Assembly (NCBI GenBank): GCA_004431415.1
Contig: QPMI01000474.1
Span: 62,001-126,000 of the forward strand
Reading direction: 5' to 3'
From: Cyanophora paradoxa CCMP329
Taxonomy: Eukaryota; Plantae; Glaucophyta
Length of the DNA: 64,000 nt
The position numbers were made by a program, and so were the translations under genes. Shown in pieces: positions 13,280-25,500 of this stretch (position 1 is its first letter; every line of letters begins with the position of its first letter). The notes under the pieces were generated by a model. The model saw nothing but the letters and a program-made list of their open reading frames with translations, had not been told where the DNA came from and did no database searches.

Positions 13280-13860
13280 CTTCGGGCGGGGCGTAGGCGC
13301 GGCGGGCGGCGGCGCGGCTCGCCGGGCGAGGCGGGGACGCTGCGGGCAGCGGCGCGGCTTGCCGCCGAGTCGCCAGGCGAGGCGGAGGCGCGGCGGGCAG
13401 CGACGTGGCTCCCGGGGCAGGGCGGAGGCGCGGCGGGCGGCGGCGCGGCTCGACGGGCGTGGCGGGGACGCGGCGGGCGGCGGCGCGGCTCGACGGGCGG
13501 GGCGGAGGCGCGGCTCGGCGGACGGGGCGGAGCGCCGGCCGGTCGGGGCGAAGGCGCGGCGGGCGGCGGCGCATCGATATCTCGGCGGACGGGGCAGAGC
13601 GCGTGCCGGTCGGGGCCCGGGGCGGAGGCGCAGTGGGCGCGCGGCGCGGCCGCGCGGGGCGGACCGGAGGCGGAGGCGCGGCGCTGGCGGGCGGCGCGCG
13701 GCACGGCTCGCGGCGGCGCGGCTCGACTGGCGGGGCGGAGGCGCGGCGGGCGGCAGAGCAGCTCTCCGGGCACCGGCGGGCGGAGGCGCGGGCGGCGGCG
13801 CGACTCGCCGGGCGGGGCGGAGGCACGGTGGGCGGTCGCCGGGCGGCGCTGCGCGCGCAG
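13280..13860. repeat. Degenerate GC-rich tandem repeat
   Basis: Recurring unit GGCGGAGGCGCGGCGGGCGGCGGCGCGGCTCG with variable spacers. Confidence 0.7.
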
Positions 13861-16800
13861 GCGCAGCTGCAGGCCTACGCCTAGCGGGCGTATATTTAGA
13901 AAGCCGCTGAGCAGTACTTATAATTAGTTGTTGTATTCTGTCAACGTTCCTAGTTTAGACCCCACCTTGCACCTCCTGAGACGAGCAGGCGCGGGGCGAG
14001 TCGAAGACCTAGTTATGCCTGCCGAGGCGCTGGCTGCCGCAGTGGCGCCAAATCTGCCTTGGGGAAAGGAGAGGCCCTTAGGTTGGAGCCTGTCTGGGGA
14101 ACATCCTGGCCACATGCATGTAGGCCTAGAAATCGCTCGCCCTAGAAATGTGCGCCGCGTGACCCGCCCCGCCCTGGCGCCGGCCGCGGCCGAACGCCGC
14201 CGCCAAACGATTTGAAGATCTCGAGGTCAGCACTATCGACATCATCGTTCTCTCAAAACTAGATCTAGATCTCTCTTTAGCGGTTAACTGTAGTGTTATA
14301 ATTATAATTACTCCACCACGTGCGCCCGAAAAGGCACCCCGCCCAGATCTAGCTATAGAAGATCAATCATTGAATGCAATGACAGACTGCCAATTGCAAA
14401 CTACTGTTCAGCTTCCAGGCGAGAGAAGGGGACAGGCTGGACGTCCCTTGACTTCAGCACCTTCCGAAGTTCAACCGCAGCATGCGGGGCTCACATGGAT
14501 CCCGTACACCATCTATCCTCGAGCTCCGAGGCTCCTCAGCCTCTGACGCAACACAGGCTCAAGCGAGACTCGAATTTATGAAAGGTATCTGATCTCCCAC
14601 TTCACGGCCGATCTACACTCACTCAATATTAATGCAGAGACAAGGAAAGGATTCGGCTATTCGAGCCGAATTCGAAACCTCGCATGCGCAGTCACGGCCA
14701 ATAGCCAAGCGGAAGGCAGCAGAGCAATGCGCTGCCGGAATCAAAAACAGGGCCAGGCCCCGCATATTTATATGCGGTAGACCAGCTCATCTGAAATGCA
14801 TGAGATGTCGGTTTTAAAAAAGAAGAAGAGATATCCCCCATCCCAAGTCCCCAAGACCCAAGGCCATGGCCACTCCTGTTCCGCAAGGACTCGCTTGTTC
14901 AACTTCAAGAAAGCTGCGCATGCAGCTGCATGCAGCTTGCCCAAGATTCGCAGCTTATTTTTATCCCTTATTTAATTTGATATATATAGCCGTGTCATGG
15001 CCTTCAGTGTTTTCGATTACCAGCTTTCGCTTCTCGGGCCCATCAAACTGCAAATTGACACAGAAGGACCCGGAACACCGGTACCGAAATGACACCAGCC
15101 TGAGCACATGTATACACACACATCTCATTGCAAGAAACGTACACCATTAGCGAACCTATGTAATTCATTCACGCATATACGTATGCGTACGCGTGTAGCA
15201 TCTCACGAAAATAATAATAAGCTTTGGTTCTGAATTCACGACTAGAATTCAAACAAGCTATAGCTGGAGATTCCACACTGTGACGCTGATTCATGGATCA
15301 CTTATTCGCGTACGTAAGCATATGCGTGTACGCGTACAGCTCTGCTTTAGTGGCATACGTAAAGCTGGAGAACACACTAGCACTGAAGCTGCAAAAAGAA
15401 CGTTTACTTATAAGGTCCGACGGTCGCGATCGTGCAATTGCATTGCAATCGCCCTGCAACTGGAAGTCATCACGCCACGAAATGATCATGAGTAGTCGTC
15501 TGGGAAATAAAGCTAATTATAAGCTAAATAATGCTGGGGATCTGAAAGGATATGATACGTGTACACGTTCACATGTCTGTCAGCATAAAATTAAAAAGCG
15601 TGTTCGAATTCATTGCAGGTACAGATCGGGGAGCGAAGAGCGTCGCCGTTTGTAGCGCTGCGAGTACGCGTAGCACTCGGGATCTGACGTCCCTGCGCCG
15701 CAAATGTGAGACCGGGGGCGATCTGGAATCTCGAAACCCATTGCGAGTTTCAAGAATGGGTCGCACAATAGATGGACCTGGCCTCGCAGCCGTTGGGTAA
15801 CCTGAGGGGTAGATCCACGGGCGCAATGGGCGCTGGAGAGACCTCCGCCTCCTCAAGATCACCGGTACGGGTTTTGCCACACTTATCGTGAATGGGGCAT
15901 GCGCAGCTGCAGGGGGCACCCGGGTCCGCGAGCCCCAGCGTATTCGAAGCCAACGCAGAGGGCATAGAGGAGCGCCGCCGTAGGTTGCGCTTGGCGAGGC
16001 TCACGCGCAGCGCTAGCTCGCCCGTCGAGGCCGGGGCCTGCGCGTCGGCCCCGATGGACTTCCGCCGGCGCGCCGCGTCTGCATGGCGATCGGTGCCCTG
16101 CCGCGTGCCGCGTTCGGTCAGCATCGGGGCCCCCGCGCACGCGAATTGCGGCATTCATATTTTACACGAATTCGAATTCGAAATTTGTCATGAATCCGAA
16201 GCGACTTACGATGGCCGACTGCGCTTGCAATTGCGCTGTTGACTCTGTCGAGTCGTGGAAGCGCACTGGCGAGGCATATTCACACGGCGAATATGATGGC
16301 TCGAGCTCAGACCGCAGGCGCAGCTGCGGAGGCGGGGAAGCCGTGGACAGCGCCTCATGATCATTGTCCACACATGCATGCGCCACATGTACAGTGTTCA
16401 GCGCCTGAAACAGCCGCGCCAGAGGAGATGCAGTGGGTTTGTTGTGTAACGACACCGATCGACTGCAGCTGCAGTTCAACGCAAGAAGCTCGCGATCGGA
16501 ATCGCTGTCCGCTGCGATGACCCGGGTGGGCGTCTCACAGCGGCTGCTGGCACTGGACTTCGAATGCATCTGCAGCTGCATTGCGAGCGAAAGACTTCCG
16601 CCGATATATTTCGATGTGCTGGCGTATGACTCGCGATCGGTCTGAGTGCTACCTGCATGCATATGCGCAGCTGTAGCTATACTATGATATAGCTGTAGTA
16701 GCTGTAGCTAGATGCAGGCTGCATGCGCAGATTGCGGCAGGCTGCAGACTTGGCCGCGAAGCCTTGGCCGCTGAGTAGTAGCTGCAGGGCGCGGCCTGCC

Positions 16801-17697
16801 GCACTGCGGCAGTGCAGGGCACTGCAGGCTGTGCAGCAGCAGCACCCGGCGTGACCGTGCCTGCACGGTGCGGCGGTGCCTGCACCTTGGCACCTGCCTG
16901 CGGCATGCCGAGTCATTGCAGACTCAATGCCGAGCCCGCGCGGGCGGCGCGGCTCCCGGTCCGAGAGTCCGGATCCCGGAGTCCTGGCCCCTCCGGAATC
17001 CGGATTCAGCGGCAATTTCAGCCTCCAGAGTCCAGGCTCCCGCCGGCTTAGGCCCGGCTCTCCCGCCCGGCCCGGGGGCCGGGGCCCGGGCCCCGCGCCC
17101 CGGACTCCGGGAGTCCCGGCCCGGCCCCAGGCTAGGGCCCCGGGCGGGCCGGGCCCCGGGGCCCCGGCCCCGCCGGTCCGGCCCGGCCCGGCGGGCCCGC
17201 CCGGGCCGGGTAGCGCTGCATCATCAGCCTGAATATTAATGCTGCATGCAGCCTGGCAGCCTGCCAGGCTGCAGAGTCAGTGCAGACTGCAGTCTGCAGC
17301 TGACTCACTGAGTCAGTGATGCACTGCAGCAGTCTGCAGCTGAGAATCATTATTTTTGAGATGTAGGCTAATGTAGCTGTTCCAGCCTCCAGCGGCCGCG
17401 GCCGGGCCGCCGCCGCGGCGGCCGCGCGCGGCGCCGTCGCCGCCGGCCCGCCGGCCGCTTATAATCATTGAATTTATCGGCGCTGATCCCGGGTCCGACG
17501 GTCCGCGACTCCGCGAGTCCCCGGCCCGGGGCCCGGACCGCGATCCCAAATCATGAATCCGCCGGCCATTCAGGTAATGCGAATTCGAGAATTTTTTCGA
17601 GGTTGCGAACTTGAAACCGTTGAACGATTCAGGCCCTCGCCAGCCATTGGCCCATTGTTCTGCAGTTAAGCTGGAGATGACGGCAGCTTATAAATTA

Positions 17698-19325
17698 CCG
17701 TGTAACACTTAATTAATGCGCCAGTAATTAATGCGTTTTTTTTTTTTTTTGGTGAATTACCGGCCACAGTCTCTAGACACCAGCACTGCGGGGGCTGCCC
17801 AGGGGGCATAGAGACAAAATAGCAAAATAACTAAGACAAGAGCACGAAGAAAGATAAGACAAAGAGCCAAAATCGACAATAAAAAAGGAAAGACACAGAG
17901 CTCGAGACAGATCGATTGCGAGAAGAGACGATAAATCGAGCAGATCTAGGGACAGAGGATAACTGACACGAAGAAGAGCCAGAGCTAGAGGATAACTGAC
18001 ACGAAGAAGAGCCAGAGCTAGAGATACCATCAATATCAGAAGGAATTACATCACTAAGAAGCGGGGACAAAATTGAGAAAGATAAATAACAGGAAGAAGA
18101 CAAGTAAGAGGAACAACAAGACGACATGGAGGCGGAGGCGAAGCAGGACGATGCGAAAGGGCAGAGCTACGGCACGAGGTCGAGGAGGACACAGGAGGCG
18201 GAGCAGGCGGATCAAGAGCAGGCAAAAGAACAGTCAAAGGAATCACTAAAGCCGGCCGGGGTCGAGGCGGGCAATCGAACTGCAAACGACGGCGAACAAC
18301 AGGTCGAGCACGAGGACTATAGCTAGTATTGAAACTAACTCTAGCATCAACACTACGATCAGAATCCGAACCAGACCGAACTAAACTAGAAGACGAAGAA
18401 GTACGCCGGCGCCGGCGGGATACGATCGCGACCAGCGAAGCAGAAGACAAGGACAAAGGCGGTAGGCCGGTATCAAGAACAAAGGCCGGAGGGTCCGGCC
18501 CGGCAAACCGCCGGGGGGAAGTAGAAGGAGCCGCAGGCTCGGCAAGCCGGCGACGGGTACGACCACGAGTCCGGAAGGAGATCGGGGAAGCCGGTCCCGG
18601 AGCTGAGGGCCCAGGAGCAGAGCCAGGAGAAGGTAAGCCCGGCGAGAAATCTGACCCGGAGCCGGAACCCAGCGAACGACGACGACGAAGAGGCCCCCGA
18701 GGAGCCACGACGGGGGAGCTACCGAGCAAAGTACTGACAGCCGGCGCCGAACACGGCGGCGGAGGTACCCCGCAGACAGTGGCAGGCGGAGAGTCCAGGG
18801 TCGATCGAGAGATCCGCCGACGGGAATGCGGCGGGGGCCGACGAGACGGAAGAGGCGAGGAGGGGGCCGAGGAAGGGTCGGAGGCAGGGGAAGGGCCACG
18901 AGCAGGTGACGGGGATCGCTGCCGGCGCCGAAGAGAGGGCAGCAAAGCAGGAGAAAGGTCGGGTGGCGCCGGAGCAGATGACACGGAGGTCATGGCCATG
19001 GGCGGTGCAGAGAGAGACGAGCTCGAGGGCGCAAGGGCCCGACGAGGGCGCCGGCGGCGAATCTCACGAGCGCCAGGAAGCGGGATAGGACCCGCAGATG
19101 GGACCCGAGGCGCCGAAGGGGGAGCAGGCGTTTTTGGACCCGGACCCTTAATATGGCTATTAATGCGGCACCAAATTAATGCGTTTCGAAGCATTTTGGC
19201 TGCTGTGTGGGGGTACATACCGCACTTAAGTAATGCGGTCCCAAATTAATGCGTTTTGCCAGCAGAAAACGCATTAATTTGGGACCGCATTACTTAAGTG
19301 CGCGCATTACTTAAGTGTTACACGG
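17698..19325. mobile_element. MITE family A copy interrupted by a retroposed insert
   Basis: TA-CCGTGTAACACTTAA...TTAAGTGTTACACGG-TA; segments 17698-17740 and 19136-19325 are colinear with the 6272-6538 MITE. Confidence 0.9.
17741..19127 (-). mobile_element. 5'-truncated non-LTR retroposon insert (poly-A tail, 8-bp TSD)
   Basis: T15 run at 17736-17750; GCGTTTTT duplicated at 17733-17740 and 19128-19135 but present once in the empty MITE at ~6307. Confidence 0.8.
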
Positions 19326-19759
19326 TATAATTAAGCTGCTTAACGCGTACGGCTGCTACGGGCCTACGGCAACGTCGGCAAGTTGCCAAGTTGGCAACTT
19401 CGTCGGCAAGTTGGCAACTTCGTCGGCAAGTTGTCGTCGGCAACTTACTATTATGATCCAATCACTGATTACATACTCGACAGTTCGCGAATGAATTCGA
19501 AATACTGGTATTCTCGTGCTCACGTAAGGGTCGGTCCTTCGAATTCGACGTCAAGCGCAAGGAGCCCCCCCTCCCCCCAAGCGCCCCGGCGGCCCCACCC
19601 CCGCCCCCGCCCCTACTCTGACACGGCGTACTCCCCCCGGGCCCAGGATGGCCCAGTGGGCGCCACGCCGTACGCGTCGCCCTCGTCCAGGCTGGCTGCC
19701 TACCCCACTTCCTCCACTGACCTCCATGCGCGCGAGGTACCGATAGCTCTCACGGCGGG

Positions 19760-20447
19760 CCCGGCGGAGACATTCACACACGTCTTCTTCTGCCCGGGGC
19801 CCCATGCAGTGGCGCACCGCGCGGAGACCGCCCGTGAGCTGAATCGCTTCCTGCGGCGCGCCCACCACGAGACTCACGGACCCCAACTCAAGAACATTGA
19901 TCCCACGATAGCGCTCACCTCCGGCCTTGTGCCCACCTATCTGCGCGTAGCCGACGATGACGCCGAAGCGCGCAGCTCCGACGACCGCCCGACCACGTAC
20001 TCGCGGCTCTGGGTCCTCCAAGGTGTCGCCCCGCAGTCGCTCGAGCGGGACTTGATCCGCGCCCTCGACCTCGACCCGCGCCGCGCGCCCCGCACGGCCA
20101 AGCGCGTACGCCAGATGCTGATCGAACGCGCGCGTCGGCTCTGGGCCAGCCGGTGCGAGATCAACGCAGCATGGGAACGAGACTGTCGCATCTCTCAAAC
20201 CTCTAAGCGTCGCCCGCGCCCGCCCCGCACAGGAGCTAGAGCTAAAGAACGCGCCCGCGGACCCCGTGTCCCGATAGAGCTCTGTCCTGCCTGCGACGGG
20301 CCCATACACCTTCATAACGACCTTCGCGCAGCTCAGAACGCGGACTGCCCGCCGGAATACCGAGGATGGAAGGCAGCGCTTCAAGCCCAAGAACTCTACG
20401 ACAGCACCAAGGTCCGCCCCTGGAGCCTGCCCCCCCCGGACGATTAA
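19760..20447 (+). pseudogene. C-terminal remnant of a LINE-like ORF2 (zf-RVT-type tail)
   Basis: ETFTHVFFCP resembles the ETxxHxFxC end of the CCHC finger, followed by RRLWASRC; intronless; no RT core visible upstream; likely 3' UTR extends to ~21500. Confidence 0.6.
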
Positions 20448-22561
20448 CCTACCCTCGTAGGGGGAGGGGGGGGGGGGGGGGGGGCTACAACTGGAGGAGA
20501 CGCGGAGACACGGAGACTCCACCACTACGCCCACTGACGACCTCACTCTCAACCTATCACCTACGGCCGCTCGCCGGGCCCTCGCGCCCGCCGCCGACCC
20601 GCCGTCGCCAGCGCGACCTGCGCCTCCACACCCCTCTCACTACCGCCGACACGCTCGCCTACCGCCGACACGCTCGCCTCCCGCCGCCACCGCTGCTCTC
20701 TCCCCCCCTGCCCTCTCTCGCCCGTTGCCCCAGTCGCCCTCCCCCACGGCCCCATCCCCCACCCCCTCCGCCCCTTCTGCTCTGCTGATCTCCCGCTACC
20801 CCAGGGAGGGGACGGTGGTGCGGGCTGCCAGGTGGAAGGTCGTCGGTCGGCCGCTGAACCCACCGGCGCCTGCCCCGGCCACGCGCCAGGCCGGGGCGGC
20901 CGGACCGCCGTGGAGGGGGCTCGTCATTGCCCGCGGTGGGGGGGAGGCGGTCGGCGGGCGGCTGGAAGCCCGGCGGAACGCGCCACTGGAGCCTCCCTCC
21001 TCCCGACCGCGGCTGCCCGACCCGGTCCTCCCCCGTCCTTTCCCACCGCCCAACGTCGCTCCATGCCGTGCCCCCCTCCCCGCCCCCGTCCCCCTTCCCC
21101 CCGACCAATCTTCCCCGAATGCTCTGAGCCCGGCGGCTCCACCAGGCTTGCTCTCGGACGAGCGAGCCCCCGACCCGACCCGCCGTGCCGACGACACGGC
21201 GGGCCGTACTCTAGCGTGTACAGAGTGGCTCAGATTATAGTGCGCCTTCTCGGAGGCCCTAGCTTACTAGGCATAGCGCTAGCTACAGCTGCAGCTCACT
21301 TTGCTGCCCACCTCTGATTTCTATTCTCGTCCCTGGGTAGTCACTTCCCTTCCCGCGTAGGATCTTTCCTGTGCTGCAGCTCTAGACTTAGTCCCCGGGG
21401 TAGCGTTTCCAGTTATTTCCATATCCGAGCTCCACCCGGTCCGATGTCCGAAAGGCTTAGTCCCGTAGGTTCATCTCTCGACTTGACACAGATGGACACC
21501 TCAGCTATATCTCTAGCCATTTGTCTCGGTGTGTGCGAATTCAGTTACAGCTGACCTCCATGCATGACCAGGCCCGCGTATACACGCACGTATACGTAAA
21601 TGTAAACGCCGTGCACGTGACGTTACTCGAGCGGAGCCGCGCGCGCGCGGGCCCGCGGCCCGCGGGCCGCGACTCGAGGGGTGCCGGAGATCTAGAGCTC
21701 ATATGCATGGAAGACATGTTTACAGTCGGTTTAAAAGAGCAATTCGCTGCTAGCTCAGCGGCTGTAGCGTGCTGTGCATGCGCAGCTGCGTGTGCGATGG
21801 CGGGGGCCATCAACTCGCGCCAGGGCGTGCACGTGCGCGTGCTGCGAGTCGTGCCCTTCGGCCAAGATCCGTGGTCCACGAGCTGCCGAAAACTGCCCCA
21901 GCCAGGCCGAGGTTGTTGGCGTCGGTCTGGATTCGCAGCACCTTGGCCGTTTGCCAGGCAGACGTAGGGATAGACGTAGGGGAAGATGCCATGATGAGCT
22001 GCAGCAAGTCGCGCCACCATGTGATCATCAGATCATGTGGCACGCATGAATCATCCGATGATACGAGAATGCGAATTCCTTTAATTTATATTATGAATCA
22101 TGATCATGAATCATAAAACAGTAGACTGGAATTCAATGATTCGAAGTGGGCACCGGCAGAACTGGGGCCCTAGTCTGGGGGTAGGGCCCCGGCAGGCCCA
22201 ATCATTGAATCGCGACGACGCGTACGGGGGTCAGCAGCGCTAGCGGAGATACAGCCAGGCCGTGGCCAGGCCTAGGCCGGGAAGCTGACAGGAACCACGA
22301 CATGAAATCAAATAATTCAAGGTGAATTCGAAAGGCCTAGGTTCGCGCGCGGAGGACAGATCTAGATCTAGAGTCCAAGAAGACGTGTGCTTAGTAGACT
22401 GTCACGTTTCTCGAGGGCCCCGAATGCCTTCGCTGCGGCAGCACGACCCATGATCATCGGATCATGACGGAAATCGCTCTTTCAGGTCTCCGGTCCCTCA
22501 AATTTGTAGAGCGCGGGGTTCGCGATCGCCTTCTCAGCTCGAGGCAATGCGTCGCAGGGCT

Positions 22562-25500
22562 TCAAGGCGCCGCCAGGCCGCGGTGGGCGAGGGCGGCGCG
22601 GGCGTCGGCCTCGCCGCGGCCGGCGGCGCGGTACGCGGCGAGCAGCGCCGCGGCCGCCTTTTCGCGGGCGCCGGGCGGCTCCCCCGCGCGGGCGCCCCCG
22701 GCGGGAGAAGCGCGGCGGCGCGCTCGGCGGCCTCCAGGGCGCCCTCCGCCCGCCCGCCGCCGCCTCCTCCAGCGCCAGCTCGGCGAGGGGTCCCGCGAGG
22801 CCCGGGTGCTCGGGCCCGCGCGCCCCTCCACGGCCGCCGCGACGCGCCGCAGCACGGCGGCCGCCTCCGCGTGGCGCCGCGCCGCCTGCATGGGGCCCAG
22901 CAGGGCCCCCAGGTAGAGCAGGGCGGGGGGCGGGCCCTCCCGCCCCGGCCCCGCCGGCTCCGCCTCCGCCTCCGCGACGGCGCCCCACAGGAGCGCGTCG
23001 GCCTCCTCGCCGCGGCCGCCGGCCCGCGCCGTGGAGGCGGCGGCCTCGGTGGCCGCGAAGGCGGCGGGGTCGCCCGGCCCGCGCGCGCGGCGGAGCTCGG
23101 CGGCGGCGGAAGCGAGGCCGTCCTCCACGGCGCGGGCGTCGGCGGCGCGCCCCTGCCGGCGCAGCATGTGCGCGAGGAGCTTGGCGTAGTCCGCCGCGGC
23201 CGGCGCCGCGTGCGGCGCGGCGATGCCCTGCGCCTCGGCCAGGCGCTCCCGCAGCAGTGTCTCGGCCTCGCCGGCGCGCCCGGCCGCCGCCAGCAGCCCG
23301 GCGAGGCCGACGGTCGTGTTGCGCGCCTCCGGGGCGAGCGGGCCGCGCCGCGCCCGGTGGATCTCGGTCGCGCGCTCGAGGAGCGGGAGGGCCCCCTCGG
23401 GGTCGCCCCGGCTCGCGAGGCAGCCGGCGAGCGCCGAGAGCGCCTCCGCAGTCTCGCCGCTCTCTGGCGCGAGCCGCTCGCCGTCCGCCGCCGCCCGCAT
23501 CAGCACCGGCAGCGCCCCCTCCGCGTCCCCGGAATCCAGCAGAGCCACCCCTGCCGCGTCGCGTCGCGCCGGGCGGCCCGACGGGCGGCGGGGCGGGGCG
23601 GGCGGGGCGGACCGAGGGCGAGGGCGGCGGCGCGGGCGGTGGGTGGTCGCGCCCCATGGGCCCCGCCTCGGCGGCGGCGAGGGCCTCGGCCTGCAGGGCG
23701 GCGGCCCCGCGCGGGTCGCCCGCCCGCGCGAGCACCGCCCCGAGCCCGTGGAGCGCCCCGACGGTCCCGTGGTGCGTGGGCGAGAGGGCGGCGCGGAAGC
23801 CGGCGAGGACGGCCTCGTACTGGGCGCGCGCCTCCTGCAGGCGGCCGGCCGCCGCCAGCGCCCCCGCCACCGCGTGCCGGCTGTGCAGCGTCGTCGGGTG
23901 CTGCTCGCCCAGGGACCCCGCCGCGATCCCCGCCGCCCGCTCCGCCGCCTGCCGCCCCCGCCGTCAGCGGCGGGGGCGGGGCGGGAGCGGCGGCGGGGCG
24001 GGGGGCGGCGCACGGCGAGGGCGGGCCCCGGGCGGGGACCTCGCCGAGGGCGGCGGAGAGGTTGACGAGGAGGGGACGAGGGCCGGGCCGTCCCCCCGAC
24101 CGCCCCCGCCGCCGCGATGCCGCTTTCTAGTGCCGCCAGCGCCTCCTGCAGCCGCCCCTGGTGCTTCAGGCTCTGCCGGTCGCGCCTCAGCGCCTCTCAG
24201 GCTCTCAGCGGGGCGGGGGCGGGGCGGGCCAGGGCGAGGGCGTTGGTCGTCTCGACGGTGAGCGGGTGGCCGGCGCCGAGCAGGCGCCCCCGCGTGGCGA
24301 GGGCCTCCCGCAGGAGCCCCTCGGCCTCCTTCGCCCGCCCGAAGCCGGCGAGCACCGCCCCGAGGTCCGAGGCCGCCGACGCCGCCTCCAGCTCCCGCGG
24401 GCGGGCGCGGCCCTCCGCCGCCGGCGCCGGCAGCCGCCACATCGCGAGCGCCTGCGCGAGCGCCTTCAGAGGGGCGCCGCCTTCAGATATGCAAGACCCA
24501 CGAACGCACCTGGGCGAGGGTCTCGGCGGCGGCGGCGGCGTTGCCGGCCGCGTGCAGCAGCGCCCCCGCGTTCTGCGTGATGTTCGCGAGGGGCGACGAG
24601 CCGGCTGCAAAGGCCTCCTGCGGGCCGGGCGCGGTGGGCGGGGGGGGGGCGGGGGCGGGGGCCGGCGCGCGCACCGGGGCGCGCTCGAGGGCGGGGATCA
24701 TGCAGCCGAGGGCGGGGCGGAAGAGCCCGAGCGTCCGGCAGACGTGGCTCGCCGACTGGCACGCGAGCGCGCGGACGCCGGCCGGCAGCGAGGCGTCGGC
24801 GTCTATGCGTCGGGCCGCCGCCTCGAGCTCGGCCCCGGCGCGGCGGAGGTCGCCCCCGGCGGCGAAGCGCCAGAGGCGGGCGGCCTCGCGGACGGCGGGG
24901 TGCGTGCCGAGGCGGTGGACGAGGATGTCGGGGTCTAGAAGGGCGGCCCGCAGCCGCTCCGCCTCGCCGGCCGCCAGCAGCTGGTACGGCAGCTCGACCC
25001 AGCGCCGGTCCGAGGGCGGCTGGGCGGCGAAGTAGTCGGCGAGGCGGCGGTGCTCGGCGGCCCGGCGCTCGCCGCGGAGCTCGAGGCCCTCCTCCACGGC
25101 CGCCCGCATCCCCGCGTTAAAAAAGTCCAGCAGGCCGAACCGGTTCACCTGAGCGAACGTTCACCTGTGGGAGGCGGCGGGGGGGCGGGCGGGGCGGGGC
25201 CGCCGGGGCGGCGCACGGTGTAAGGGGCGAGGGCTCCGGAGAGCTCCGCGAAGGCGAGGGGCGGGGCGCCCGAGAGCTCGCGGGCCTCCGCCTCCGCCAG
25301 GCCAAAGCGGCTGGCGGCGAGGGCGGCGAGGAGGGCGCGCGCCGGCCCGCCGTACTGGCGCTCGAGGCGGCGGAGGGCGAGGCGGAGGGCCCCGGGGGTG
25401 CCGGCGCAGGCGAGGAGCCCGTCGAGCTTCGCGTCGAGCGTGTCGAAGACCGCGTCCGCCTTCACCTGCCGGCGCGGCCGGTCGCCTTCACCATAAAGCC

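Noticed and set aside
14300-16200. Moderate-GC region with short ORFs, possibly a decayed gene or transposase
   Set aside because: No recognisable motif, TIR or TSD.
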